Shown here in pieces: positions 9,323 to 18,412 of a stretch of 64,000 nt of DNA. The notes under the pieces were generated by a model. The model did no database searches. It saw only the letters and a program-made list of their open reading frames with translations, and was not told the origin of the DNA. Source of the DNA: an uncultured candidate division Zixibacteria bacterium (GTDB lineage Bacteria > Zixibacteria > MSB-5A5 > GN15 > FEB-12); contig CAWDXE010000006.1 of NCBI GenBank assembly GCA_963806185.1, positions 1-64,000 on the forward strand. The letters run 5' to 3'. Each line of letters opens with the position of its first letter. The first letter of the stretch is position 1. Position numbers and translations under genes: made by a program.

Positions 9323-9515
9323 AATCTCCGATACTCCCCCCGTCGCGTTTACCGATGCGCCCCCGCTTTTCCTTGCCCCACAAGCACATAACTGCGCGCA
9401 CCACAGACACTGCACCTCCCCCAAGAATCCGCTTGTGAAATTCAGAACTTTCTGTATCATTTAGTCCACTGTATAGCTGACACTTTCCATCCGGGAGAAC
9501 GGGGCAAAACAGGGC

Positions 9516-10498
9516 ATGAAAAGTATTTTAGTCACCGGCGCTCTGGGGCAAATCGGTTCCGAGCTGGTTATCGAACTTCGCAAGCGGTACGGTCAGAAAT
9601 CCGTCATCGCCACCGACATCCGCATGCCGACCGACGTCACCCTGCGTGATTCGGGACCGTTTGAATTTCTCGATTGCACCGACCCCAATCACATCACCCG
9701 CGTGATGCAAATCTACAAAGTTGACACCATCTACCATCTCGCGGCGCTGCTTGTCGGCGGTGGCCGAATCCAAGCCGACCCTGGCCTGGGCGGTCAACGT
9801 CACCGGCATGTACAACATGCTCGAGGCGGCGCGACAGTATAAGTGCCAGTTGTTCGTCCCCAGCTCGATCGGCGCTTTCGGTTCGTCGACGCCCAAAGTC
9901 CGCACGCCGCAGGATACGATCCAGCGGCCGGACACGATGTACGGCGTCACGAAAGTCGCCGGCGAATTGATCTGCGACTACTATCACAAGCGGTTTGGTC
10001 TCGATACGCGCGGCGTTCGGTTCCCCGGCCTAATTTCCTACCAGACGGAGCCGGGCGGCGGGACGACCGATTACGCCGTCTCCATCTACTACGAAGCGAT
10101 CAAGCACAAGAAATTCACCTGCTATCTGCACGAGCAGACGCGCATGGACATGATGTACATGCCCGATGCGCTTGCACGCCATGATCAGCCTGATGGAGGC
10201 CGAAGCATCGCAGCTGATCCATCGCAATGCCTTCAATGTCACGGCGATGAACTTCACGCCGCGTGAAGTAGCCGCTGAGATTCGAAAGCATATTCCGGAT
10301 TTCACGATAGATTATCAGATCGATCCGGTCCGCCAGGGGATCGCTGATTCCTGGCCGGACAGTCTCGATGATTCCTGCGCTCGCGAGGAGTGGGGCTGGA
10401 AACCGGAGTATGATCTGTCGAAGATGACAGTCGACATGCTGACCAAACTCCGCGCCAAGCTAAATGCCGAGGGCGTCACGACAGGGGCGAAATTGTGA
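9516..10498 (+). CDS. tdh: SDR-type L-threonine 3-dehydrogenase (two apparent frameshifts, ~9750 and ~10175)
   Basis: [15 protein letters not shown] / [36 protein letters not shown] and RQGIADSWP lie in three consecutive frames. Confidence 0.8.
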
Positions 10499-10869
10499 TC
10501 GACGGCATTGGAGTCGATACGATCGAAACGGCCAGAGTGAAAAAGCAGCTGGCAGTCGATCACGGCTTCAAAGAGGCGATCTTCACCGCCGGCGAAATAG
10601 CCTATTGCGACAGCAAGCGCAACAGCGCCCCATATTACGCCGCCCGGTTCGCCGCCAAGGAAGCATTCTTGAAAGCGCTGGGCACCGGCCTTCGCGACGG
10701 CATTGCCTTCGCCGATATTGAAATTCTCCGCGACCCGCTTGGTCGCCCCTCCCTGAAATTGCATCGCCGCGCCGCCGAACAACTGCAGGCGGGCGGCCCC
10801 GCACATATACACCTATCATTGTCACACGTCGACGATGCGGCCACGGCCGTAGTCGTCATTGAGCGTTAG
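10495..10869 (+). CDS. acpS: Holo-ACP synthase (4'-phosphopantetheinyl transferase)
   Basis: GIGVD, ARFAAKEAFLKALGTG, GRP, LSLSH. Confidence 0.95.
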   Translation: MIDGIGVDTIETARVKKQLAVDHGFKEAIFTAGEIAYCDSKRNSAPYYAARFAAKEAFLKALGTGLRDGIAFADIEILRDPLGRPSLKLHRRAAEQLQAGGPAHIHLSLSHVDDAATAVVVIER

Positions 10870-10883
10870 AAGGAATATCGGGC

Positions 10884-12595
10884 ATGGCAAATTTCCAAGG
10901 GTACGAAAAACATACGAACGGGTTTCACCTGGTCAATCGCCGAAAAGGAACTGGGGTATACGCCCGGGGACGACATCAATATCGGCTGGTACTGCTCCGA
11001 CCGGATCTGTCAAATGGGCAAGGCCGACAAGCTCGGTCTGATCTGGCAGGGCATGACCGGCACGAAAAGAAATACACCTACAACGACATTCGTCTGGCCA
11101 GCAACACGATCGGCGCCTTTCTGCGCGGACTGGGGATCGATGCCGGGCGACCGGGTCTGCCTGTTCATGGACAAGATTCCTGAGTTGTACCTGGGCTTTG
11201 TCGGGGTGCTCAAAATCGGCGCCGTCGCGCAGCCGCTGTTTTCCGCCTTTGGCGAGGAATCACTGTTTGTCCGCCTGAGCAACGCCGAGACATGCGCCAT
11301 CATCACCCAGCGCAAGCATGTCGGCAAGGTTCGCAAGATCATTCACGAACTGCCGCACCTGAAACATATCATCGTCGTCGATTACGACGGCAAAAAGCCG
11401 CTGCAGGATCGGGAAGTCGCCTTCTCGCTGGAAGATGCGCCCAAAGTTGAGCATATCGACATTCATCCCACCAAGGCGGAGTCGCCGTCGGTCCTGCATT
11501 ACACTTCCGGCACGACCGGTCTTCCCAAAGGAGTGCAGCACGTTCATTACTCGCTGATGTCGCAGTACCTGACGACCAAGTGGGTGCTGGACATCAACGA
11601 CGACGACATCTACTGGTGCACGGCCGATCCGGGCTGGGTAACAGGTACTTCGTACGGCATCATCGGCGCCGTTTGCGACCGGCGTCACCCAGTGTGTGAC
11701 CGACATCGGTTTTTCGGCCGAAGCCTGGTACCGCTTTATCGAGAAATACAAGATTACCATCTGGTACTCCGCGCCGACCGCCATTCGCTCGCTGATGAAG
11801 GCGGGTGATGAGGTCGTCAAGAAGTTCGACCTCTCCTCTCTGCGCCATCTGGCCAGTGTGGGCGAGCCGCTCAATGCCGAAGCGGTCATCTGGTCACAGC
11901 GCGTGTTCGGTCTTCCGTTCCACGATACGTACTGGCAGACCGAGACTGGGTCGATCATGATCACGAATTTCCCCGGCATGAAGATCAAGCCGGGATCGAT
12001 GGGAAGAGCGTTTCCGGGCATTACGGCGACTGTGCTCGACGCCAAGACACTATGAACCAATTCAGGAACGGGGGCGTGTCGGCCTGATTGCGTTCAAGCC
12101 GGATTGGCCGTCCCGGATGCGCGGCTACTGGAACAACGAAGCGACGTTCCAGGGCAAGTTCAAGAACGGGTGGTATCTCTCCGGCGATCGCTCAAGCATC
12201 GACAACGAAGGGTACTTCTGGTTCACCGGGCGCGATGATGATATCATCAATACCGGCCGGCCATCTGGTCAGTCCGTTCGAAGTGGAGTCGGCGCTGCTC
12301 GAGCATCCGGCCGTGGCCGAATCGGCGGTTGTCGCCAAACCGGACGAGATCAACATGGAAGTCGTCAAGGCCTTCGTGCTTACTCAAACCGGGGAATACC
12401 GCCAGCGCCGAGCTCGAACTGGATATCATGAATTTCATCCGCAAGAGACTCTCTCCGCTGGCTATGCCGCAGGAGATCGAATATGTACCGTCTCTCCCCA
12501 AGACCCGCTCCGGCAAGATCATGCGACGACTGCTGCGGGCCAAGGAGTGGGGCGAGGAGATCGGCGATACCTCAACACTGGAAAACGACGATTAA
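10884..12595 (+). CDS. acsA: Acetate-CoA ligase-like adenylation enzyme (several apparent frameshifts)
   Basis: [57 protein letters not shown] and [11 protein letters not shown] are split across successive frames. Confidence 0.8.
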
Positions 12596-12617
12596 GCGAT
12601 AGCTCAGGAGGCATTGT

Positions 12618-12867
12618 GTGGAAAGTAATGTCAAAGACATCGTACTCACCTACGTCAAGAATGAATATCTCGAGGACGAGGATCAGGAACTCACCTACGA
12701 CACGCCGTTGATTTCGGGCGGGATTGTCGATTCGTTCTCGATGGTGTCGCTCAAGCGGTTTCTGGAGAACAAGTACAAGATTTCGATTCCGGATGACAAA
12801 GCGACGCCTGAAGCGTTCGATTCGGTGAACAAGATCGTCACACTTGTGCAAAGAGTTTGTGAAATAG
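12618..12867 (+). CDS. Stand-alone acyl carrier protein (one extra A near 12851 hides the TAG at 12865-12867)
   Basis: [20 protein letters not shown] phosphopantetheine-attachment motif; acidic, ~82 aa. Confidence 0.85.
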
Positions 12868-12942
12868 CTCCCGAGCACGGCCGCGTGCAGGAGCTTGTCG
12901 CTACTGCAGATGGCCGCAAGTCCGGGATTGAAGGGTACTCAT

Positions 12943-14190
12943 ATGGCATTTACAGACGCTGTCCGTCAAACATATCAGAAGCAGCTCAACGATATTCGTC
13001 AGGCGGGACTGTTCAAGCAGGAGCGCTTCATTCATTCGTCGCAGGCGGCCGATATCGAAGTCGAGTTTCCCAGCGGCGCCGCCTCCAAAAAAGTCATCAA
13101 CATGTGCGCCAACAATTATCTCGGGTTGTCCAGCCATCCGGATGTCATCAAAGCGGCACACGAAGGGCTCGATGTCCGCGGGTACGGCATGTCGTCGGTC
13201 CGCTTCATCTGCGGCACGCAGGACATTCACCGCGAACTTGAAGAAAAGATTACAAAGTTTCTCGGCACCGAAGCCACCATTCTGTTTCCGTCATGCATGG
13301 ACGCCAACGCCGGCGTCTTCGAAGCGGTGCTCACCAAGGACGACGTCATGATTGCCGACCGCCTCGTGCACGCCTCGCTTATCGACGGTATCCGCCTTTG
13401 CAGCGCGCAGCAGGACACCTACAAGCACGCCGATATGGAGCATCTCGAGCAGAAACTCGAGCTGCACCAGGACAAGCGGATGCGCATGGTCATCACGGAC
13501 GGCGTCTTCTCGATGGACGGCGACACGGCGCCGCTCGACCAGATGGTGGCACTGGGTGAAAAGTACAACGCGATGATTCTCGTCGACGATTCACACTCCA
13601 GCGGCTTCATCGGCAAGACCGGTCGCGGCACGCACGAGAAGTACGGCGTGGTGGGCAAGATCGACGTCATCACGACGACCTTTGGCAAGGCGCTCGGCGG
13701 AGCGTCGGGCGGCTGCGTGTCGGGCCGTCGCGAGCTGGTCGAGATGTGCCGTCAGCGGGCCAGACCGTATCTGTTCTCCAACACGATCGCGCCGGTGGTG
13801 GTGTCGGGTGTGCTCAAGGTGCTCGATCTGCTGTCGCAGAATACCGAACGTCGCGACAAACTCGAAGCCAACACCGCCTACTGGCGCAAGGGACTGGAGT
13901 CGGCCGGCTTCGTGCTCAAAGAAGGGGACACCCCGATCGTGCCGGTGATGTTGTTTAACGCCAAGCTGGCGCAGGATGTCTCCAAGGATCTGTACGACGA
14001 AGGCATTTACGCCGTCGGGTTCTTCTTCCCGGTCGTCCCGCAGGGACAGGCGCGCATTCGTACGCAGATTTCGGCCGGCCACGAGCGGCATCATCTGGAT
14101 AAGGCGCTGGACGCCTTCACCAAGGTGGGGAAGAAATACAATATCCTCGGCAAGACCAAACAGGAAATCATTCAGATGTACGGTCAGTAA
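12943..14190 (+). CDS. kbl: Glycine C-acetyltransferase (2-amino-3-ketobutyrate CoA ligase)
   Basis: CANNYLGLS, GMSSVRFICGTQ, TDGVFSMDG, DDSH, FGKALGGASGG, RPYLFSN, ARIRTQISA. Confidence 0.9.
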   Translation: MAFTDAVRQTYQKQLNDIRQAGLFKQERFIHSSQAADIEVEFPSGAASKKVINMCANNYLGLSSHPDVIKAAHEGLDVRGYGMSSVRFICGTQDIHRELEEKITKFLGTEATILFPSCMDANAGVFEAVLTKDDVMIADRLVHASLIDGIRLCSAQQDTYKHADMEHLEQKLELHQDKRMRMVITDGVFSMDGDTAPLDQMVALGEKYNAMILVDDSHSSGFIGKTGRGTHEKYGVVGKIDVITTTFGKALGGASGGCVSGRRELVEMCRQRARPYLFSNTIAPVVVSGVLKVLDLLSQNTERRDKLEANTAYWRKGLESAGFVLKEGDTPIVPVMLFNAKLAQDVSKDLYDEGIYAVGFFFPVVPQGQARIRTQISAGHERHHLDKALDAFTKVGKKYNILGKTKQEIIQMYGQ

Positions 14191-14215
14191 GACAGGGAGT
14201 GACCGAATCGCTGCA

Positions 14216-14243
14216 GGGCGCGCCACACGGCGCGCCCTTTTTT
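14216..14243 (+). terminator. Intrinsic terminator after kbl
   Basis: GGGCGCGCC-ACAC-GGCGCGCCC followed by T6. Confidence 0.85.
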
Positions 14244-14393
14244 GTGTCCGCCAGCCGGTCCAAAATTGCCTTGCCGGAGTGGGGCGGTCGCGTATATTAC
14301 ACCACCTTTGGCCGGGTCAATAGTGGACCTCAACTCTCCACTCCGCATCCCGGCCACGACAAGAGAACACTGGACAAGAGGTCGCGAGCCGTT

Positions 14394-15623
14394 ATGTCAC
14401 TGCACAAGTTCGTATCCCAGTTGAGAAATGAAATCGCCGATCTGGAAGAGGCCGGCAACAGCAAAGCGGCCGAAGTGGTGGTGCGCGCCATAGTCGCGCC
14501 CAAAGATGGCGCCGGGCCGCGCGTGTTGCTCGAGGGTCAGGGGGACCGTCAGTTTCTGCGCATGAATTCCAATTCCTACCTCGGCATGTCGGTTCGGCCG
14601 GAGGTTATTCATGCGGAGGAAGAAGCAGTGCGACGGTACGGAGTTGGACCGGGCGCTGTCCGGTTTATCAGCGGCACCTACGAGCCGCACGCCAGGCTGG
14701 AAAAACGACTGGCGGAGTTCCATGACCGCGAAGCCTGCATGATTACCTCGTCGGCCTACACGTCAGTGCTCGGTGTGTTCGTCACGCTCTCGACTCCCGA
14801 GACCATCATCATTTCCGATGAACTCAATCACAACTGCATCATCAACGCCATGAAACTGGCACGATCCAAGGATCGCAAAGTCTACAAGCACCTCGATATC
14901 GGCGATCTTGAGAAGAAGATTGTTGAATCAAAGGGGCAGTGTGACGGTATTCTCGTTGTCACCGACGGCGTCTTCAGCATGCGCGGCGCGTATGCACGGG
15001 TGGATCTCATCCGCAACATGATTGACAAGTATCAGGACGACTTCCCGCGCGGAATCGTGCTGATACTCGATGATAGCCACGGCGTCGGGGCACTGGGCAA
15101 AACCGGACGCGGTACCGAAGAGATGACCTGCTTCGGTTGCACCGATATCCTGATCAGCACGCTCGGCAAGGCGCTGGGGGTAAACGGCGGGTATATCGTG
15201 TCGAGCAAGCTGTTGATCCGGTATCTCCGCGAGAAGAATCCGCTCTACATCTATACTAATCCGATCACGCCGCCCGAGGCGGCAGCGGCGCTGGCGGCGC
15301 TGGAGATTCTTGACAGCCCCGAAGGTCTGCGCTTGATGGCTCATTTGCACGAGATGACGGAGAAGTTCGAAAAGGGACTGATTGCGCTGGGGTACGAGAC
15401 GATCGAGTCGATGCATCCGGTGGTGCCGCTGATGGTCCGCGACACAGCACGCACGACCGAGCTGGTGCAATTCCTGGCCGAGCACGACATTCTGGCGACG
15501 GGGTTGAATTTCCCGATTGTGCCGAAGGGGGATCAGTTGATTCGCTTCCAGGTGAACGCGAGCCACACGGCGGCGGATATTGAGTATGTGCTTGAGGTGT
15601 TGAAGAAGTTTAAGGCGCAGTAG
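14394..15623 (+). CDS. Second PLP-dependent alpha-oxoamine synthase (Kbl/BioF-like)
   Basis: NSNSYLG, GAVRFISGT, SDELNHNCII, TDGVFSMRG, DDSHGVG, STLGKALG. Confidence 0.85.
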   Translation: MSLHKFVSQLRNEIADLEEAGNSKAAEVVVRAIVAPKDGAGPRVLLEGQGDRQFLRMNSNSYLGMSVRPEVIHAEEEAVRRYGVGPGAVRFISGTYEPHARLEKRLAEFHDREACMITSSAYTSVLGVFVTLSTPETIIISDELNHNCIINAMKLARSKDRKVYKHLDIGDLEKKIVESKGQCDGILVVTDGVFSMRGAYARVDLIRNMIDKYQDDFPRGIVLILDDSHGVGALGKTGRGTEEMTCFGCTDILISTLGKALGVNGGYIVSSKLLIRYLREKNPLYIYTNPITPPEAAAALAALEILDSPEGLRLMAHLHEMTEKFEKGLIALGYETIESMHPVVPLMVRDTARTTELVQFLAEHDILATGLNFPIVPKGDQLIRFQVNASHTAADIEYVLEVLKKFKAQ

Positions 15624-15638
15624 AGCAGGTGCGGCAGG

Positions 15639-15737
15639 GTAGGGCAGGTCCGGACGCTTCTCAGCGTGGACCTGCCCTTTTTTCTGCTCTAGAAGCAGGC
15701 AGCACCCGCTCGAAGACTCGCTCCGGTGCTGCCCTAC
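15639..15737. repeat. Inverted REP pair: type C (+) 15639-15677 followed by a T-run, and type A (-) 15698-15737
   Basis: GTAGGGCAGGTCC...GGACCTGCCC and GGCAGCACCCGCTCGAAGACTCGCTCCGGTGCTGCCCTAC. Confidence 0.9.
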
Positions 15738-15740
15738 GCG

Positions 15741-16247
15741 TTACAGACGATAGACCATATAGCTGAAACTACCTATCGCAAATATTGTAATTCCCGCAAC
15801 TACCCCAAGACTCGTCCACATCCATCTCCGCCTCCGCGCGGGTTTCATTTCATCGAGTTCCTTGAAGTAATTCAGGTACTTGTCCTGTTTGAACAAAACA
15901 AGATGGTTCACTACCAACGGAATGAGGAATACGACTACGGCGGGAATTAGTCGGACTGTAAAGTCAATCTTGAATATTCCAATATAGAAAAAGATGATGC
16001 CGCTACATATCATTCCGATCAGCACATGCATTACTATACCAGCAAACATGTTGCTCAGACCAGCTTCCGGATTTTGCCAAGCTTTATCCACTTCACTCAA
16101 AACATCCACGCCTTTCCGGGCGTAAAATCTCTTTACCGAGGGCATTCGGAATATGAGTCTCAATGGATTGATCTTCTCAGTGACCACATGAAATCTGTAG
16201 AATCCCCGGTACACGAAGTAATGCACGATATTCCAAAGTCTTACCAT
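15741..16247 (-). CDS. AT-richer hypothetical membrane protein (about 3 TM segments)
   Basis: 168 aa from ATG 16247; aromatic/hydrophobic; visibly lower GC than the flanks. Confidence 0.7.
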   Translation of the reverse strand: MVRLWNIVHYFVYRGFYRFHVVTEKINPLRLIFRMPSVKRFYARKGVDVLSEVDKAWQNPEAGLSNMFAGIVMHVLIGMICSGIIFFYIGIFKIDFTVRLIPAVVVFLIPLVVNHLVLFKQDKYLNYFKELDEMKPARRRRWMWTSLGVVAGITIFAIGSFSYMVYRL

Positions 16248-16489
16248 GGGGTTACCTTTTCCGGCCGATCGTGGTGCAGATGAGTCCCGCATACCATTAT
16301 ACTGGCGAATAGACCCTTCTCTGTTTGTGGTTAGGGGGCGTTGAGCGACTGACTGCCATTCGCGCTTCGACCGTCTGCATAGACATAATATCTCCCAGTA
16401 TATCTATGAGGGCAAGGGCGAAAATTGGGGATTGCAGTGGCACTTCGCAATCAGAGGGAGAGGTGCGGCGATGCGGGAATTGAAATGAT

Positions 16490-16529
16490 GGCAGCGCCCG
16501 CTCGAAGACTCGCGTCGGCGCTGCCCTAC
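16490..16529 (-). repeat. REP type A downstream of RAYT
   Basis: GGCAGCGCCCGCTCGAAGACTCGCGTCGGCGCTGCCCTAC; both arms carry a compensatory change relative to other type A copies. Confidence 0.9.
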
Positions 16530-16542
16530 GACTTCTCTTAGA

Positions 16543-17046
16543 TCACTCTCCGTAATCATCGTCCGGTCCGAACTGGACGAAACTTCCCCAATCTGAAATG
16601 TATAAACCTTGCGAGACGTGGTGCCGAAACGACGACCATTCCCAATCGATTGCCTTGCTCGCGAACCCGTGTTTAACCGGATTGTAATGGATGTAATCGA
16701 GATGGTGATGAAGATCGTCATCATCGCGAATGATGTGATCCCAGAACCTCGGCTGCCAAAGGCGGTTTGTCTCCAGCCGCTCCGTCGCTGATTTTCTCCA
16801 TGTGTACGTCAATTTGAGCCGTCGAATTATCTCGGCGAGACTGGCGTGCTGCGGGTCGATAATCGCATGGAAGTGATTCGGCATAAGGACATACGCCTGC
16901 ATTCGAAATTCGATAACCGTTCGCATGTGTTTCCAAGCATCTAAGAAAGCCGAGGGATGGTCCAATAGAATCGGCCTTCGCCGGGCGGTAACGACAGAGA
17001 TGAAGTAGACTTGGCCGTCAGAGTAGTAACGTTTGAGCTTTGACAT
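16543..17046 (-). mobile_element. rayT: REP-associated tyrosine transposase (RAYT / TnpA-REP, HUH-Y1 family)
   Basis: MSKLKRYY...YFISVVT, PNHFHAII (HUH), LWQPRFWDHIIRD, YIHYNPVKHG (catalytic Tyr); flanked by REPs on both sides. Confidence 0.92.
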
Positions 17047-17054
17047 TCGAAGAT

Positions 17055-17284
17055 GGCAGCACCATTCGCTAAGAAGCGAATTCGGTGCTGCCCTACCTCC
17101 GAACGCAAAATCCGACATATGACTGACAGCGACGGTCAGTCAAAACGCAGACTTTCAAGATTCTTGATCATTGTGACGTAGGGCAGCACCGGAGCGAGTC
17201 TTCGAGCTGGTGCTGCCGATTCGACTTCTCGCTAACGGAGAAGGCAGGTCCCCGCGCAGAGAAGCGCGTCCGGACCCGCCCTAC
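17055..17284. repeat. REPs upstream of RAYT: B-like (-) 17055-17096, type A (+) 17178-17217, type C (-) 17243-17284
   Basis: All three carry a GTAG/CTAC foot and GGCAG arms. Confidence 0.9.
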
Positions 17285-17306
17285 AATTTGGATATCCTTC
17301 GATTTA

Positions 17307-17932
17307 CTAAATTTCCTCTGGTCGTAGCCCCATCCCCTTCAGCGCCTCGAGCAATTGCTGCTTGTTGGCCATGGAGATCTGGCGCCCCTGGAGCGGGAAA
17401 GCGGGAATGGTCCGGCAGTACTGCCGCAGCTTCACCACCGGCATCGCCTCAAGGTCGGCTGTCGAAAGTTGAGCAGGTGTCGGCTTCGGCGGAGTCGACT
17501 CAACGGTCGGCATCGGCTCTTTAACTACGGGTCTGGGTTTTGCCGCAGTGCGCCGAGGTGTAGCCGCACGGATCACCTCCGATCGCACGCTTACTTTCGG
17601 GAGCACTGGTGCGGGAGCATTCACGACGGCGGCGTGTCCACCCGGTCGACAGATCGCGTGTGGTGGCGAGGAGCGACGTCGAGCGCGTCGTGCGGTTTCG
17701 GGATCACGTGTGATGCCACCAGCAATCCCAGACGCTGGCACGCGCGTGCTCCGGCCTCGACCGCCGCTTGCACCGCCGCCAGTTCACCCTCGATCTTGAG
17801 TGTGACAGTGGGCGCATCTGACGGTCCGATCGCGGAGATGATAACATCGGCGGTTTTCGCCGCGACGTCAGTCGCCTCGATCGCGCCGATGAGGCCGCGC
17901 GTTTCTATCAAGCCCAGCGCTCGGTGCGACAT
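17307..17932 (-). CDS. BMC shell-domain protein with Pro-rich linker and C-terminal helical extension (frameshift ~17670)
   Basis: ALGLIETRGLIGAIEATDVAAKTADV...GELAAVQAAVEAG...HVIPKPH is the BMC domain; LEAMPVVKLRQYCR...ISMANKQQLL continues in the next frame. Confidence 0.8.
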
Positions 17933-18002
17933 ACGTCGTAAAGTATGCTAACTCACCCAAAGTACACGACTAAAAACTGCGGCGGGAAATGGCGATTGTC
18001 TG

Positions 18003-18041
18003 AAAAAATTATGCCGCCCGCCTCCCCTCGCGCGGACGGCA
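18003..18041 (-). terminator. Intrinsic terminator, minus strand
   Basis: TGCCGTCCGC/GCGGGCGGCA 10-bp stem; one pair is G:U on minus but a C-A mismatch on plus; followed by TAATTTTTT. Confidence 0.75.
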
Positions 18042-18130
18042 CTCTGCCAGAGAAGTACTGAGGAAACAAGAAAAGAGAAAAGGAGCTTGTCACTTCTGCG
18101 TGACTCTGCATCCTGGATAAGAATGACAGA
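18003..18130 (-). ncRNA. Candidate ~125-nt small RNA
   Basis: Sigma54-like motif upstream, hairpin GTCAC-GCAGAA-GTGAC, pyrimidine tract CTCCTTTTCTCTTTTCTTGTTTCCTC, terminator stem plus U-run. The 5' end is estimated. Confidence 0.5.
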
Positions 18131-18141
18131 CGACTCATATA

Positions 18142-18157
18142 ACAAGAATCCGTGCCA
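18142..18157 (-). promoter_or_regulatory. Sigma54 -24/-12-like promoter (imperfect)
   Basis: TGGCACG-GATTC-TTGT: perfect -24 element, but spacing is one nt longer than consensus and -12 reads GT instead of GC. Confidence 0.4.
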
Positions 18158-18327
18158 CCGCGCTCGGCGAACTCCAATCACACAGCAAGTAATTGTAATT
18201 AGCAAGTTATACTGTGCTCGTCAGTCGCTCGCGTCGAATCGCCGACACGAATTCGTACGATTTGTACGAGCCGCATCTCCCATGCGGAGATCAACGCGTT
18301 GTCTAGCAAACGATTAACAATTCAGAC

Positions 18328-18364
18328 AAAAAAGTAGCGGGGTCGTAACGCCATACGACCCCGC
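18328..18364 (-). terminator. Terminator of the TPR-sigma54 activator operon
   Basis: GCGGGGTCGTA/TACGACCCCGC 11-bp perfect stem followed by TACTTTTTT on minus. Confidence 0.85.
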
Positions 18365-18412
18365 CGGAATGAACCATGCGAATAGTTCAGGTCTTTGGAG
18401 CATAACTAGACC

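Noticed and set aside
9161..9410. N-terminal part of the 203-aa ORF 8799-9410
   Set aside because: It is translated REP sequence, not ORF6N.
12868..13241. C-terminal extension of the ACP in the 207-aa ORF
   Set aside because: Caused by one extra A near 12851; it overlaps kbl out of frame.
16543..17118. Longer 191-aa start for the transposase, or an IS200/IS605 call
   Set aside because: The extension runs through a REP hairpin; no tnpB is present and the motifs fit RAYT.
7339..17284. GTAGGGCAGC repeats as a CRISPR array or integron attC sites
   Set aside because: Irregular spacing, both orientations, no cas or integrase gene; the GTAG foot plus RAYT identifies them as REPs.
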